From the NCBI GenBank assembly GCA_045564035.1, contig JBJLIA010000033.1, positions 10,682-74,681 of the forward strand: a stretch of DNA of 64,000 nucleotides, read 5' to 3'. Positions 8,889 through 19,353 of this stretch are shown here, piece after piece. The translations under genes and the position numbers were made by a program. The DNA is from Gammaproteobacteria bacterium. Lineage in GTDB: Bacteria > Pseudomonadota > Gammaproteobacteria > Magnimaribacterales > D2472. Under the pieces are notes generated by a model that did no database searches, had not been told where the DNA came from, and was given only the letters and a program-made list of their open reading frames with translations. Position 1 is the first letter of the stretch. The number at the start of each line of letters is the position of its first letter.

Positions 8889-9479
8889 ATGATGAATTTA
8901 GATTGGGAAAAAGTTAATGGGTTAATGCCCGCTATCATCCAAGATTATGAAACTTTGGAGGTTTTAATGTTGGGCTATATGAGCGAAGAAGCCTTAAAGA
9001 TTTCGCAATCATCAGGCTTTGCTACTTTTTATAGCAGAACAAGAAAAACATTATGGACCAAGGGTGAAACTTCTGGAAACAAGCTAACTATAAAAAATAT
9101 TATTCATGATTGTGATAAGGATACATTATTAATTCTTGCCAAAAATAGTGGCCCCACGTGTCATTTAAATAATAATTCATGTTTTATAGGTGCGCCCTCT
9201 TCCTCAAGTATTTTAGATGAATTAGAAGAAACCATAGATGCTAGATTTAAAGAAGCAAATATGTCCTCATATACTTTTCAGCTATATCGCGATGGAATAA
9301 AAGAAATTGCTAAAAAAATAACCGAGGAAGCGGGAGAAGTATCAATTTCAGCTGTTACAGACGACGGTAGAGTTATAGATGAATCTGCCGATTTGATGTA
9401 TCACCTTTTGGTAATGTTGAGAAAGTTAAATCTGAGTCACTCAGATGTTCTTCAAGAATTAAAAAATAGATTTAGATAA
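8889..9479 (+). CDS. hisIE: Bifunctional phosphoribosyl-AMP cyclohydrolase / phosphoribosyl-ATP pyrophosphatase
   Basis: N-terminal HisI motifs (GLMPAIIQD, SRTRKTLWTKGETSGN, DCDKDTLL) and C-terminal HisE motifs (EEAGEV, ESADLMYHLLVML). Confidence 0.95.
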   Translation: MMNLDWEKVNGLMPAIIQDYETLEVLMLGYMSEEALKISQSSGFATFYSRTRKTLWTKGETSGNKLTIKNIIHDCDKDTLLILAKNSGPTCHLNNNSCFIGAPSSSSILDELEETIDARFKEANMSSYTFQLYRDGIKEIAKKITEEAGEVSISAVTDDGRVIDESADLMYHLLVMLRKLNLSHSDVLQELKNRFR

Positions 9480-9480
9480 A

Positions 9481-11145
9481 TTACTTTTCAATAACATAAT
9501 TAGCAACTTGCTCTTTCATCTCTTTTCTAAGAATGAATAAGGCAAACAAATTGGGTATTGTTACCAAGGCTACAACCACATAAGCAATATTCCAAACAAC
9601 CGTTGTATCTATTATAGCTGCAGCAATAAAACAAGCTACATAGATGATTCGATACCATGGCACTGCATTTTCACCAAAGATATAGGCTGTAGATCTATCA
9701 CCATAGTATGACCAAGCTATGGCTGTAGAAAAAGCAAATAAGAGCAAGCCAATAGCAACAATATATTCACCATATTTACCAAGCACTCCGGAACCAAAAG
9801 CCTTAGATGTTAATTCAGCAGAATGAATTAACGATTTTCCTTTAACAGATACTGATGAATCTATTATCTCTCCATTAACGATTTCTAAGGGCCCATCGAA
9901 GAAACTATTATTCTTATGAAAAGTAACATCTTCAGCAATAGAGTTATTGTGGAAAATTGTGACATTGGATTGCTGAAGCTCACCATTTACAACAGATAAG
10001 TTTCCAGAAAAGTTTTTTACTGCCGTTGTATTACTAGTGAATTTTCTAGCATCAAGAATATATTTACCAAGCTCCTCAACATCATTTGAATTTGATTCAG
10101 TATATTCGCCAGCAAAAATTGCCATTGAAGATCTCTCAAAAGTATTTTCATACTTTTGAATCCATGCTCCACTAGATAAAATTACAAGCGCGGTGACACT
10201 ACAAACAACAATTGTATCTATGAAAGGTTCTAAGATGGATACCATACCCTGCTCTACTGAATGTTCAGTCTTTGCAGAAGCATGAGCAATTGGTGATGAG
10301 CCTTGACCCGCCTCATTGGAATATAGGCCTCTTGCAACACCAAGCTTTAAGCTCATTGCAAAGCTTGCACCTAAGAATCCGCCGGCAGCTGCAGAACCTG
10401 AAAAGACTTGAGAAAAGATAGAATGAAAAGAGGGAATTATGTTTTGATAGTTTTCAATAACAACAATAAGTGCTCCACCAAAATAGATCACAGCCATAAA
10501 TGGAACTAATTTACTGGCAATTTTGGCAATTCTCTTGATGCCACCAGAGATGATCATCCATAACATGATCCCTAGAATTAAACCTGTAGCAAGCTTAGGG
10601 ATACTAAAGGTTGAATCAAGGACACTTGCTATATTATTGATCTGAGGCATGTTTCCTGATCCAATGGCACATATCATCATTAAGGCGGCAAATAGAACTC
10701 CCGCCCATCTTTTATTAAAACTTTTCTCGATGTAATACATTGGGCCACCTGAGATTGAGCCATCAGACAATGTAGTTCTATATTTGTGAGCCATTGTGAC
10801 TTCAACAAACTTTGTAGTCATGCCAAAAATTGCAGTTATCCACATCCAAAAAATTGCAGCAGGACCTCCAATCCAGATTGCTAAGGCAACGCCACCAATG
10901 TTTCCTGTTCCAACAGCACCTGACATCGCTGTGGTAAGAGCCTCAAAAGGAGTGGTCTCTCCCTTTGCATCTTCTTTTTCGTATTTTCCAGTGACAATTC
11001 TCCAACCATGAGCAAAGAATCTAAACTGAGGAAAGCCTAAATAAGCTGTGAAAAATATACCTGTCCCAATAAGAAATGCTGGGAACCACCATGAACCGCT
11101 TAGATATCCATCTAAAAGTAACAAAAAATCATTAAAGGCAACCAT
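9481..11145 (-). CDS. Sodium:alanine (amino acid) symporter, AGCS family, with an enlarged extracytoplasmic loop
   Basis: Family motifs FEALTTAMSGAVGTGNIGGVA, GGPGA-like GGPAAIFWMW and LFAFSTAIAWSYYG. About 115 extra residues at aa 329..443. Confidence 0.85.
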   Translation of the reverse strand: MVAFNDFLLLLDGYLSGSWWFPAFLIGTGIFFTAYLGFPQFRFFAHGWRIVTGKYEKEDAKGETTPFEALTTAMSGAVGTGNIGGVALAIWIGGPAAIFWMWITAIFGMTTKFVEVTMAHKYRTTLSDGSISGGPMYYIEKSFNKRWAGVLFAALMMICAIGSGNMPQINNIASVLDSTFSIPKLATGLILGIMLWMIISGGIKRIAKIASKLVPFMAVIYFGGALIVVIENYQNIIPSFHSIFSQVFSGSAAAGGFLGASFAMSLKLGVARGLYSNEAGQGSSPIAHASAKTEHSVEQGMVSILEPFIDTIVVCSVTALVILSSGAWIQKYENTFERSSMAIFAGEYTESNSNDVEELGKYILDARKFTSNTTAVKNFSGNLSVVNGELQQSNVTIFHNNSIAEDVTFHKNNSFFDGPLEIVNGEIIDSSVSVKGKSLIHSAELTSKAFGSGVLGKYGEYIVAIGLLLFAFSTAIAWSYYGDRSTAYIFGENAVPWYRIIYVACFIAAAIIDTTVVWNIAYVVVALVTIPNLFALFILRKEMKEQVANYVIEK

Positions 11146-11154
11146 AATTAATCC

Positions 11155-11388
11155 TTATTTTTCAACCCATTCCATCAAGTCTGTGTAGCCACCTATTAAT
11201 TGATCATCAACAAAAATTTGAGGCATTGTTCTTGCATTAGGATTTCTTTGCAATAGCATTTCAAAAATTTCAGCAATCTCTACATTATGCTCAACGTAAG
11301 GAATGTCATTTTGTGCAAAGTAATACTTAGCCTTGTCACAAAAGACACAATTTGATTTAGAATATATTTCTACATTTTTTAACATCAT
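11155..11388 (-). CDS. Glutaredoxin-family small redox protein
   Basis: 77 aa. CVFC active-site motif after a beta-strand (IYSKSNCVFCDKAK). TMPQIFVDDQLIGGYTDL is typical of Grx. 9 nt upstream of the AGCS gene. Confidence 0.75.
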   Translation of the reverse strand: MMLKNVEIYSKSNCVFCDKAKYYFAQNDIPYVEHNVEIAEIFEMLLQRNPNARTMPQIFVDDQLIGGYTDLMEWVEK

Positions 11389-11403
11389 GGAATTATAAGC
11401 TAA

Positions 11404-12168
11404 ATGTCATTATTTAATTTAAAAAACAAATCATTTTTAATAACGGGCTCATCAAAAGGAATTGGCAAATCAATTGCATTCCATGCAGCCTCCCATGGGG
11501 CTAAAGTCATTATTTCGAGCAGAAAAATTGATACATGCAAAAAAACTGCAGATGAGATCAATGAGCAAGTGGGATCAGAGCTTGCTTTTCCTATAGCGGG
11601 AAATATTGCTCACGAATCAGAGCTTATAAGTCTTGTAGATGAAACCAATAAACTCCTAGGGAAGATTGATGTATTAATTTGTAATGCTGCAACAAATCCA
11701 TTTATGGGATCAATGGCAGATATTCCATCTGATGCTTTTGATAAGGTGATGAATAACAATATCAAAGCAAATCATATTTTGACCAATTTAGTCACCCCTC
11801 AAATGATTAAACGAAAAGATGGTGTGATAATTATCATTTCAAGTGTTGGTGGCACAAGAGGGAGTAATCTTATAGGCACATATAATTTGAGCAAAGCAGC
11901 AGATATCCAAATGGTAAAGAATATTGCAGTTGAATATGGTCATCATAATATTAGAGCAAATAGCATAGCCCCGGGTCTAATACGTACTGATTTTGCAAAG
12001 GGATTATGGGAAAACCCTGCTATTCATGATCATTACACAAGCACACATCCAATGAGAAGGATTGGTGAGCCTGATGAGGTTGCTGGTGCAGCAATAATGC
12101 TTGCTTCTGATGCAGGAAAATACATAAATGGTCAATCAATAGTTGTTGATGGTGGAGCAACTGCTTAG
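11404..12168 (+). CDS. Short-chain dehydrogenase/reductase (SDR)
   Basis: TGSSKGIGKS cofactor motif, NAA, YNLSKAA catalytic motif, PGLIRTDF. Confidence 0.85.
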   Translation: MSLFNLKNKSFLITGSSKGIGKSIAFHAASHGAKVIISSRKIDTCKKTADEINEQVGSELAFPIAGNIAHESELISLVDETNKLLGKIDVLICNAATNPFMGSMADIPSDAFDKVMNNNIKANHILTNLVTPQMIKRKDGVIIIISSVGGTRGSNLIGTYNLSKAADIQMVKNIAVEYGHHNIRANSIAPGLIRTDFAKGLWENPAIHDHYTSTHPMRRIGEPDEVAGAAIMLASDAGKYINGQSIVVDGGATA

Positions 12169-13157
12169 GTAAATAGGTTTTTAATTTTTTGAAAAAAATT
12201 ATTAAGACCAATTTGCTCATTCAAGGTAGGAACTTTATTTAGTTGGTATTTGTAATCAACTAGTTCTTCAATTAGATCTGATGTTTGCCTAGTATTCAGT
12301 TTAATATTATCCATAGTTGTAATGGATGGATGAGGTTTATAAAAATCTTGATTAATGCCTAAGCATGTTTTTAAAAAAAGAATAATTGAATTAATTTTTT
12401 CATCAAATGTAATATTTATATCTCTGTAAAACTTCATTAAGTCAGGCGTTGTTATTTGACCAAGACAATAGGAGTTAAGGTTTTCAGAAATTTCAATATA
12501 TTGACCCGCCATATCATTGTTAATTAATCTCTCAATTTCTAATGGAGTAGAGTCTGGAGCAAAATTTAATGTTGAAAAATCAATATAACCTTGATCTAAA
12601 ATCCACTGATCAAGATTATCTGAATTAGGATTATTTACTGAAATTAAACTTGAGCGACTATATATAGTTGGTAAAAAATACTTACGCTTATTTGAAACGA
12701 TAAATACATGCTTATTTTCAGGTAAATCCTCTAAAGTTTTAAGAAGTGCATTCTGCGCATTGATATTCATAAGGTGAGCCTCAAAAATTACAGCCACCCT
12801 TTTTTCAGATACTGAATTAGTCATAGCAATAAATTCATTTAAAGCTCTTACACCTTCAATTTTCTTAGATGTTAGGGCTTCTTTCTTAGCTTTTGAGTAT
12901 GTTTGTAAAGCACTAGAACATGAATCATATGAAAGATAACAAAAATCAGGATGAGAGCCAGCTATAAAATAGTTACAAGAATTACATATTCCACATGGAC
13001 CAGACTCGTCAGAACATAATAATCTTTGAGCAAAATAATTAGCAAGATCTTTCTTAGCCAAACCTGATTCTCCCTCAATAATTGATGAAGAGGGAAATAA
13101 AATATTTTGATGAGAGGTTACTGCATCATTTAACCAAGGAAATCGTTTAATGCTCAT
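12165..13157 (-). CDS. holB: DNA polymerase III delta-prime subunit
   Basis: CGICNSCNYFIAGSHPDF zinc-module motif and SRS motif (TIYSRS). Conserved position after tmk. Confidence 0.85.
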   Translation of the reverse strand: MSIKRFPWLNDAVTSHQNILFPSSSIIEGESGLAKKDLANYFAQRLLCSDESGPCGICNSCNYFIAGSHPDFCYLSYDSCSSALQTYSKAKKEALTSKKIEGVRALNEFIAMTNSVSEKRVAVIFEAHLMNINAQNALLKTLEDLPENKHVFIVSNKRKYFLPTIYSRSSLISVNNPNSDNLDQWILDQGYIDFSTLNFAPDSTPLEIERLINNDMAGQYIEISENLNSYCLGQITTPDLMKFYRDINITFDEKINSIILFLKTCLGINQDFYKPHPSITTMDNIKLNTRQTSDLIEELVDYKYQLNKVPTLNEQIGLNNFFQKIKNLFT

Positions 13158-13158
13158 A

Positions 13159-13752
13159 CTAAAATAAACGCTCTACTAAATTTTTAGTTTGCTGGCTTAA
13201 TAATTCAATAGGCTGCGATGCATCCAATATTTCTACTTCTTCCCTGACATCACATAACTGCTGATAACCTTTTCTAACATTTTCAAAAAAATTGACTCCA
13301 GAAGATTCAATTCTATCAATGACATCATTAGCTTTTCTTTCGAAGCCTGTCTTAACATCTAAATCATAAATTATAGTTAAGTCTGGAATCGGGCACTCAA
13401 TACCCTCGATTAAATTATCAATTAAATCAAGCGAAAGATTTCTTCCATAACCTTGATAAGCAATAGATGCATGATAGTATCTGTCACATAAAATAAAATC
13501 ATCTTGAGAATTAATTAAATGCTCTGCTATCATCTGAGATCGTGCTGCAAACATTAGCATTAATTCTGTATGAGCAGATATATTTGACTCCTTGGATAAA
13601 AGTAATTCTCTAATCTTTTCACCAAAATCAGTAGATCCAGGCTCTCTGAGAAGTTTCGTAGAAAAACCTTTTGCTTTAAGCCAGTCTAAAATTAAATTAA
13701 TTTGAGTAGATTTACCAACCCCTTCTATACCTTCAAATGTAATTAATTTCAT
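13159..13752 (-). CDS. tmk: Thymidylate kinase
   Basis: ITFEGIEGVGKSTQ P-loop and LCDRYYHASIAYQG motif. Confidence 0.95.
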   Translation of the reverse strand: MKLITFEGIEGVGKSTQINLILDWLKAKGFSTKLLREPGSTDFGEKIRELLLSKESNISAHTELMLMFAARSQMIAEHLINSQDDFILCDRYYHASIAYQGYGRNLSLDLIDNLIEGIECPIPDLTIIYDLDVKTGFERKANDVIDRIESSGVNFFENVRKGYQQLCDVREEVEILDASQPIELLSQQTKNLVERLF

Positions 13753-13755
13753 TGT

Positions 13756-14748
13756 CTAATTAAGCTGATACTTTTTTACAGCTTCAAGATGTTCTTTATA
13801 TGTTTTTGAAAATTTATGCGTTCCATCACCTTTAGCTACAAAGTATAAATAATCATTTTTCATACCCAATATTACTGCTTCCAAAGATGATTGGCTAATT
13901 GTTGATATTGGTGTTGGAGGCAATGCTGCAATCTGATAAGTATTATAGGGATTGTTCTTATCAAGTAGATTTGCTTTTGTAATATCGCCATTGAAATCAG
14001 GCATTAATCCATAAATAATTGTCGGATCTGCCTGTAACTTCATTCCAATAGACAGTCTATGCAAAAATACTCCAGCTATAGTTGATTTTTCTTCTTCAGT
14101 ACCAGCTTCTTTCTCTACTATTGATGCAAGAATAAGGGCGTCAGATAAATTTCTTAAAGGTAATTTTGAATTTCTCTCTTGCCATAAATCAATTGAAAAT
14201 TGAAAAAATTCACTCTGAGATTCTTGTAAAATTTTTGCTAATGAAGATGAGTCTTTGTAAAAATATGTATCTGGCTTCAATGTGCCCTCTATAAAGTTAT
14301 AACGATTATCTAGGCACTTAAAGTTATTACAGTCATTGTTTAGATTTGATTGTAAAAGAATTTTTTTAATCTCAAACAAATTTTTTCCAGCAGGAATTTT
14401 TAACTTAAAAATTATAACATCGCCTTGAGATACTGAGATTATGAAGTCTTTCCATGATTTATTTTTAATATAATAATGGCCAGCTTGAGCCATATTTATA
14501 TCATTAACTTTTAGATAAACCTTTAATAAAAATTTTTGTACAGGGTGCAATGCAAAATCTTCTAGAATGGAATTAAAGGATGCTCCCTCTATCACAGTGT
14601 AAAATTGGATATCGTTATTAACTCGAGAGTTAGAGAATGATTCTGATGATCCAATTATAATAATTACAGAGATAACAACCGAAAGTAAAAATAACGATAA
14701 TTTAGATTTTTTTGAAGACAAGTGTAGAGTTAGTTCCTCCAAATCCAA
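13756..14748 (-). CDS. mltG: Endolytic murein transglycosylase MltG (YceG-like)
   Basis: N-terminal TM segment, LASIVEKEAG catalytic region and YNTY motif. The track start is TTG 14748 (47-nt overlap with fabF); in-frame TTG at 14742 or 14721 are alternatives. Confidence 0.85.
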   Translation of the reverse strand: MDLEELTLHLSSKKSKLSLFLLSVVISVIIIIGSSESFSNSRVNNDIQFYTVIEGASFNSILEDFALHPVQKFLLKVYLKVNDINMAQAGHYYIKNKSWKDFIISVSQGDVIIFKLKIPAGKNLFEIKKILLQSNLNNDCNNFKCLDNRYNFIEGTLKPDTYFYKDSSSLAKILQESQSEFFQFSIDLWQERNSKLPLRNLSDALILASIVEKEAGTEEEKSTIAGVFLHRLSIGMKLQADPTIIYGLMPDFNGDITKANLLDKNNPYNTYQIAALPPTPISTISQSSLEAVILGMKNDYLYFVAKGDGTHKFSKTYKEHLEAVKKYQLN

Positions 14749-15934
14749 AGGAGTTATTCATAGCAATAGTGACATCTTTTTCGATTGATACTAAAGGGGT
14801 GTAATTTAAATCACAGAGGGGATCTGGATTATCAAGATTGATAGTTGGAGGTATAATCCCATTATTGATTGCCTTTATACAAAATATAGATTCAATTGCC
14901 CCAGCAGCTCCAAGCGTATGCCCTGTCATGGATTTTGTTGAGCTAATCTGTGGAACAGAATCACCAAACACACTTTTTAAAGCAACTGTTTCTGCGACAT
15001 CGCCAAGGGGTGTTGATGTCCCATGAGCATTAATATAATCCACATCTGAAATATTAATTTCAGCATCATCGATTGCATTGGACATTGCTAATGCAGCTCC
15101 TCTTCCGTCTTCAGGTGGCGCTGTCATATGATAAGCATCTGAACTGGTACCAAATCCTATAATTTCAGCATGAATAATTGCTCCTCGAGCTTTAGCATGA
15201 GAAAAATCCTCAAGGACTAGAGACCCTGCACCATCTGAAAGAACAAATCCATCTCTATCTCTATCCCAGGGTCTGCTAGCTGAATCAGGATCTGGATTCA
15301 AAGAAAGTGCTCTGGCTGATATGAATCCTGCAATTGAAAGAGGGGTTGAAGCCATTTCTGCGCCTCCTGCTATCATAACGTCTGCTTCACCACATGCTAT
15401 AGATCTTGCAGCCGTTCCAATACAATGATTGCCAGTTGAGCAGGCAGTTACCACAGAGGTATTTGGACCCATAAAGCCGTGTTTGATAGACAAAAGTCCA
15501 GAGATCATATTAACAATAGAACCAGGAACAAAAAATGGAGAAACTTTTCTATATCCTCTATCTTCTAGCAGTGCTTTGTTTTTCTCAATCGTATCAATTC
15601 CACCAATGCCAGCCCCAAAATTAACACCAACTTTTTTTAAATCTACATCTGATTCTAGAATTCCAGAATTTTCAATAGATTGATTTGCAGCAATTAATCC
15701 ATACTGAATAAATGGATCGATCCGTCTGACTTCTTTCGAGTCAAGAAACTCATCTGTATTAAAATTTTTTAAACGACCGCCGACATTCACTGGATTATTT
15801 TTTAATCCTATATCAACGGTTGTAATACCTGATTTACCTTCTATACATGAGGACCATGAATCATCAACGGTATTACCTATTGGAGATAAGATACCTAAAC
15901 CAGTAACTACAACTCTTCTGTGTAGTTGCTTCAT
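14702..15934 (-). CDS. fabF: 3-oxoacyl-ACP synthase II
   Basis: RRVVVTGLG start, ACSTG active-site Cys, HGTSTPLGD and GHTLGAAG motifs. Confidence 0.95.
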   Translation of the reverse strand: MKQLHRRVVVTGLGILSPIGNTVDDSWSSCIEGKSGITTVDIGLKNNPVNVGGRLKNFNTDEFLDSKEVRRIDPFIQYGLIAANQSIENSGILESDVDLKKVGVNFGAGIGGIDTIEKNKALLEDRGYRKVSPFFVPGSIVNMISGLLSIKHGFMGPNTSVVTACSTGNHCIGTAARSIACGEADVMIAGGAEMASTPLSIAGFISARALSLNPDPDSASRPWDRDRDGFVLSDGAGSLVLEDFSHAKARGAIIHAEIIGFGTSSDAYHMTAPPEDGRGAALAMSNAIDDAEINISDVDYINAHGTSTPLGDVAETVALKSVFGDSVPQISSTKSMTGHTLGAAGAIESIFCIKAINNGIIPPTINLDNPDPLCDLNYTPLVSIEKDVTIAMNNSFGFGGTNSTLVFKKI

Positions 15935-15944
15935 TTAAGAAATT

Positions 15945-16175
15945 TTAGCTGTTTGAGTTTATATAATTTACAGCTTCTTGGACGGTTGAGATCTTCTCAG
16001 CTTCTTCGTCAGCGATTTCAAGCTCAAACTCTTCCTCAAGAGCCATTACTAGTTCTACTGTATCAAGTGAATCAGCACCAAGGTCATCAACAAATGAAGA
16101 GTCATTTTTCACTTCATCATCGCCAACACCTAGTTGCTCACAAACAATTTTTCTTACTCTTTCTTCGATACTCAC
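15945..16175 (-). CDS. acpP: Acyl carrier protein
   Basis: 76 aa with the [19 protein letters not shown] phosphopantetheine-attachment motif. Confidence 0.97.
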   Translation of the reverse strand: MSIEERVRKIVCEQLGVGDDEVKNDSSFVDDLGADSLDTVELVMALEEEFELEIADEEAEKISTVQEAVNYINSNS

Positions 16176-16236
16176 AAGGCATCCTCCGTTTAAAAAAATA
16201 TATTCTACAACATTTCTAGCAAAAACAATAAAATCA

Positions 16237-16959
16237 TCAACTCATATAAAGGCCACCATCAACAGAGATTGTTTGACCGGTAATATAATTACTCTTTGCA
16301 GAGGCTAAAAATAGGGCTAAATCAGCTATATGTTGGGGATTACCCATTTTATTAGCTGGAATTTGATTTAAAATATTCTCTAACTCATTCTCTTTAAAAT
16401 GATTGGTCATATCAGTTTCAATGAATCCAGGCGCAATACAATTTACTGTTATGTTTCTTGTTGCTACCTCTTTTGCTAGCGCTCTTGTAAAACCTCCAAG
16501 GCCTGCTTTGCTAGCTGAATAATTGACCTGGCCGGGATTACCCATTAATCCGGCAACGCTAGAAATATTTATAATTTTGCCAGATCGATTTTTAATCATA
16601 GATTTAATAAATAATTTAGTTATATTGAAAACACTAGTGAGATTTGAATTTATAACATCATCCCAATCTTCGTCTTTCATTCTTAGAAAGAGTTGATCTT
16701 TAGTTATGCCAGCATTATTAATTAGCACATTCGGGACTATGCTTTGTTTTTTTAAGTCTTCTAGACAGGATGAAACTTGATCTCTATTTGTGACATCTAA
16801 TGCAAGGTGTAAGCATTTTTCAGATCCTAGAGCTTCATGGAGCTTAAACTCAGATCTAGAAGTTCCAATTACAAAATAACCGTCATTTGAAAAACATTTA
16901 GCTATCTCCAAACCAATGCCCCTGGAAACTCCCGTAATAAAAACTATTTTTTTATCCAT
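16237..16959 (-). CDS. fabG: 3-oxoacyl-ACP reductase
   Basis: SDR motifs ([19 protein letters not shown]) and position between fabD and acpP. Confidence 0.95.
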   Translation of the reverse strand: MDKKIVFITGVSRGIGLEIAKCFSNDGYFVIGTSRSEFKLHEALGSEKCLHLALDVTNRDQVSSCLEDLKKQSIVPNVLINNAGITKDQLFLRMKDEDWDDVINSNLTSVFNITKLFIKSMIKNRSGKIINISSVAGLMGNPGQVNYSASKAGLGGFTRALAKEVATRNITVNCIAPGFIETDMTNHFKENELENILNQIPANKMGNPQHIADLALFLASAKSNYITGQTISVDGGLYMS

Positions 16960-17890
16960 AATTATTTATCTTCTCATAAAATGATAGATCGGAAGAAGAA
17001 AAGTAGTTTTCAAGCTTATTTGCTTTAAACAAGCCTGATAAAACTTTTCCAGGACCACATTCAATTATTGGCAAGTTTAATTTTGAAATAAAATTACATG
17101 TCTCTACCCATCTTACAGGTGAATATAATTGTGAGACCAAGAGAGATGGAATCTCTTGTGCTGATGATACAGAATCAACAGATACATTATGAATAATTTT
17201 GGTATCTGGAATCTTGAATTCTAGTGCATTGAGGGTTTGTTGAAATTCAGTTGCTGCATCTGCCATAAGCATACTATGCGCCGCGATGCTGACATTAAGT
17301 TTGATTGATCTTTTTGCACCTTTGGCAGAACACAGCTCTTGCGCTCTCTCCACTGCATCTTCGTGGCCTGAAATGACAGTTTGATTTGGAGAATTTAAAT
17401 TTGCACATTGAACATGAGAATTATTATCATGAGATGCTATAGCGCATATCTCTGTAATAATATCTTGATCTAAACCCATAATTGCAGACATCGAGCCATT
17501 TGGAGCTAACTCCATCAATTCGCCTCTTTTTCTAACTAATTTTAAAGCGTCAATAATGTTTATTGAATTACCAGCAACCAAAGCCGAATATTCACCTAAT
17601 GAATGTCCAGCTAAATATGTTGGATTGATGTTAATAGAATTAACTAATTTATTAAAATGAAGATATGAACAAAGAACTAAAAGGGGTTGAGTTATAGAAG
17701 TTTTATTAATTAATTCTTCAGGCCCCTCCTCAATTAATTTAAAAGCATCATATGATATTAATTCACTGCAGCATTCAAGTGCATTTGAATACTCACTAGA
17801 TAATGCTATGTCTGAGATGCCACCGCTACTAAGCATAGAGTGGTGTTGGGAGCCCTGACCGGGAAAGGCTAAAAAAGCAGGCAAAGACAT
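16952..17890 (-). CDS. fabD: Malonyl-CoA:ACP transacylase
   Basis: FPGQGSQ and GHSLGEYSAL active-site motifs. Confidence 0.95.
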   Translation of the reverse strand: MSLPAFLAFPGQGSQHHSMLSSGGISDIALSSEYSNALECCSELISYDAFKLIEEGPEELINKTSITQPLLVLCSYLHFNKLVNSININPTYLAGHSLGEYSALVAGNSINIIDALKLVRKRGELMELAPNGSMSAIMGLDQDIITEICAIASHDNNSHVQCANLNSPNQTVISGHEDAVERAQELCSAKGAKRSIKLNVSIAAHSMLMADAATEFQQTLNALEFKIPDTKIIHNVSVDSVSSAQEIPSLLVSQLYSPVRWVETCNFISKLNLPIIECGPGKVLSGLFKANKLENYFSSSDLSFYEKINNYG

Positions 17891-17892
17891 GG

Positions 17893-18105
17893 TTAGTCTT
17901 GAGCTTCGTTTTCCTCTAATTCTTTGATTGGCTTTCTTAGATCTTTAATTAAGCGACCCTTGTAGAAACCATCTGCAGTCATTTGATGGCGAAGATGCCT
18001 CTCTCCAGAAACAGGATCAGTGGATAATGTAAGATCAGATAGATGATCATGAGATCGAATCATTCCACGTTTTGATCTAGTTTTTTTACTTTTTTGTACT
18101 GCCAT
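17893..18105 (-). CDS. rpmF: 50S ribosomal protein L32 (with ~13-aa acidic C-terminal extension)
   Basis: [20 protein letters not shown] start and [18 protein letters not shown]. 70 aa, whereas I recall about 57 aa for E. coli. Confidence 0.95.
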   Translation of the reverse strand: MAVQKSKKTRSKRGMIRSHDHLSDLTLSTDPVSGERHLRHQMTADGFYKGRLIKDLRKPIKELEENEAQD

Positions 18106-18140
18106 AATATTTTAAAAAAAATGCATCCTATCAGATTAAA

Positions 18141-19082
18141 TTAAGATTTAATAGTTAAATTATCCAGCTCTGATAGCAGTATATCAAATTCATTATTTTT
18201 TGGAGCATCAAAGCTAACAGTTTTGTTATTCAAATCTTTGAATGAGATTGTTGATGCATGAAGTGCAAGCCTGCTTATCGATGATTCGCGCGCAATATAC
18301 TTATTTAAACTAAATAATCCATATTTTTTATCATTTACTATTGGATGATTGATATTTGCGCTATGAACTCTTATCTGATGCATTCTTCCAGTTCTTATAA
18401 TTATTTCAGCATGGGTAAATGAATTATATTTATTCAGAATTTTAAATTTCGAAACTGCTTTTTTGCCATCTATTGATTCTTGAACCTTGTGATGATGCTC
18501 TTTTGTGGAGATATCAATGTTTGATTCTATCTCAATATCTTTTTTCATAACTCCTATCAAAATAGCTTCATATTTTTTTGTAACCTGATTAGCCTTTAGT
18601 TCTTCATGGAAATGTCTTAAAAAAATTTTATTTTTCGATATTAAAAGGCAGCCTGAGGTAGATTTGTCTATACGATGACAGAGGTCAACTTCTAATGATG
18701 GAAATGAAGCTCTAGCTATGTCAATAACACCAAATTGATTGTTTGTTCCTGAATGAACACTCAACTCAGGATCTTTATTTACAACTATAAAATTATCATT
18801 TTGATACATAATTGATGCCATGAATGCTTGAATTCTAGAGGGTGGAATCTTTAAAACAGGTTCCTTGTTTTTAAAATCTATTAAATATGGTGGAATTCTT
18901 ATCTCGTCATCAAGCTGTAATTTATAAGTAGGCTTTATTCGACCAGAGTTAACCCTAACCTCGCCTTTGCGAATCATGCTGTAAATTTTAGACTTAGGAA
19001 GAGATTTATAAATATTAAATAAATAGTTATCAATCCGTCTGCCTGTATGATCTTTATCTATTTTTAGGTTTTTACCACTCAT
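18141..19082 (-). CDS. rluC: 23S rRNA pseudouridine synthase, RluC-like (RluA family)
   Basis: N-terminal S4 domain, HRIDKSTSGCLL catalytic Asp motif and HQIRVH motif. Divergent from rne, as in E. coli. Confidence 0.85.
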   Translation of the reverse strand: MSGKNLKIDKDHTGRRIDNYLFNIYKSLPKSKIYSMIRKGEVRVNSGRIKPTYKLQLDDEIRIPPYLIDFKNKEPVLKIPPSRIQAFMASIMYQNDNFIVVNKDPELSVHSGTNNQFGVIDIARASFPSLEVDLCHRIDKSTSGCLLISKNKIFLRHFHEELKANQVTKKYEAILIGVMKKDIEIESNIDISTKEHHHKVQESIDGKKAVSKFKILNKYNSFTHAEIIIRTGRMHQIRVHSANINHPIVNDKKYGLFSLNKYIARESSISRLALHASTISFKDLNNKTVSFDAPKNNEFDILLSELDNLTIKS

Positions 19083-19353
19083 TAAGGTAGAATACTCGAA
19101 ATTGTTAGTTTATAGATACAAAACTACAAGTATAAAAAGCTTAAGGCAAAAGCCCTGAGCACTAATTTAAAAATGCTGCAAAGCGGCATAAATAAGAGAA
19201 AGTTAAGAAAGCACAAAAGTGCTTAAAGAATAAAACAAGTTTTAAAAACTCCAGATAATATAAATGGAGTAAGTTAAAAGAGCTCCAAGCGATAAGACTC
19301 TGATAACTCGCAAAGCACTAGTGCTATTCACTTTCTCTGTATTGGAGAAAAAA
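19083..19353 (+). promoter_or_regulatory. Long structured 5' leader/promoter region of rne (probable autoregulatory UTR)
   Basis: At 271 nt it is the largest non-coding gap in the window. Several hairpins are visible by eye: GCTTAAGGC-aaaa-GCCCTGAGC, TGCTGC-aaa-GCGGCA, AAGCAC-aaaa-GTGCTT, GGAG..CTCC. E. coli rne has a long hairpin-rich autoregulatory leader. Confidence 0.45.

Noticed and set aside
15926-16219. 97-aa plus-strand ORF covering acpP on the opposite strand
   Set aside because: Gln/Leu/His-rich nonsense-like translation opposite the unmistakable acyl carrier protein gene.
19321-19353. GTG start at 19321 for rne given in the ORF track
   Set aside because: ATG 19354 is preceded by GGAG at appropriate spacing and gives the conserved MKRILIN N-terminus. 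The extra 11 residues have no counterpart in RNase E.
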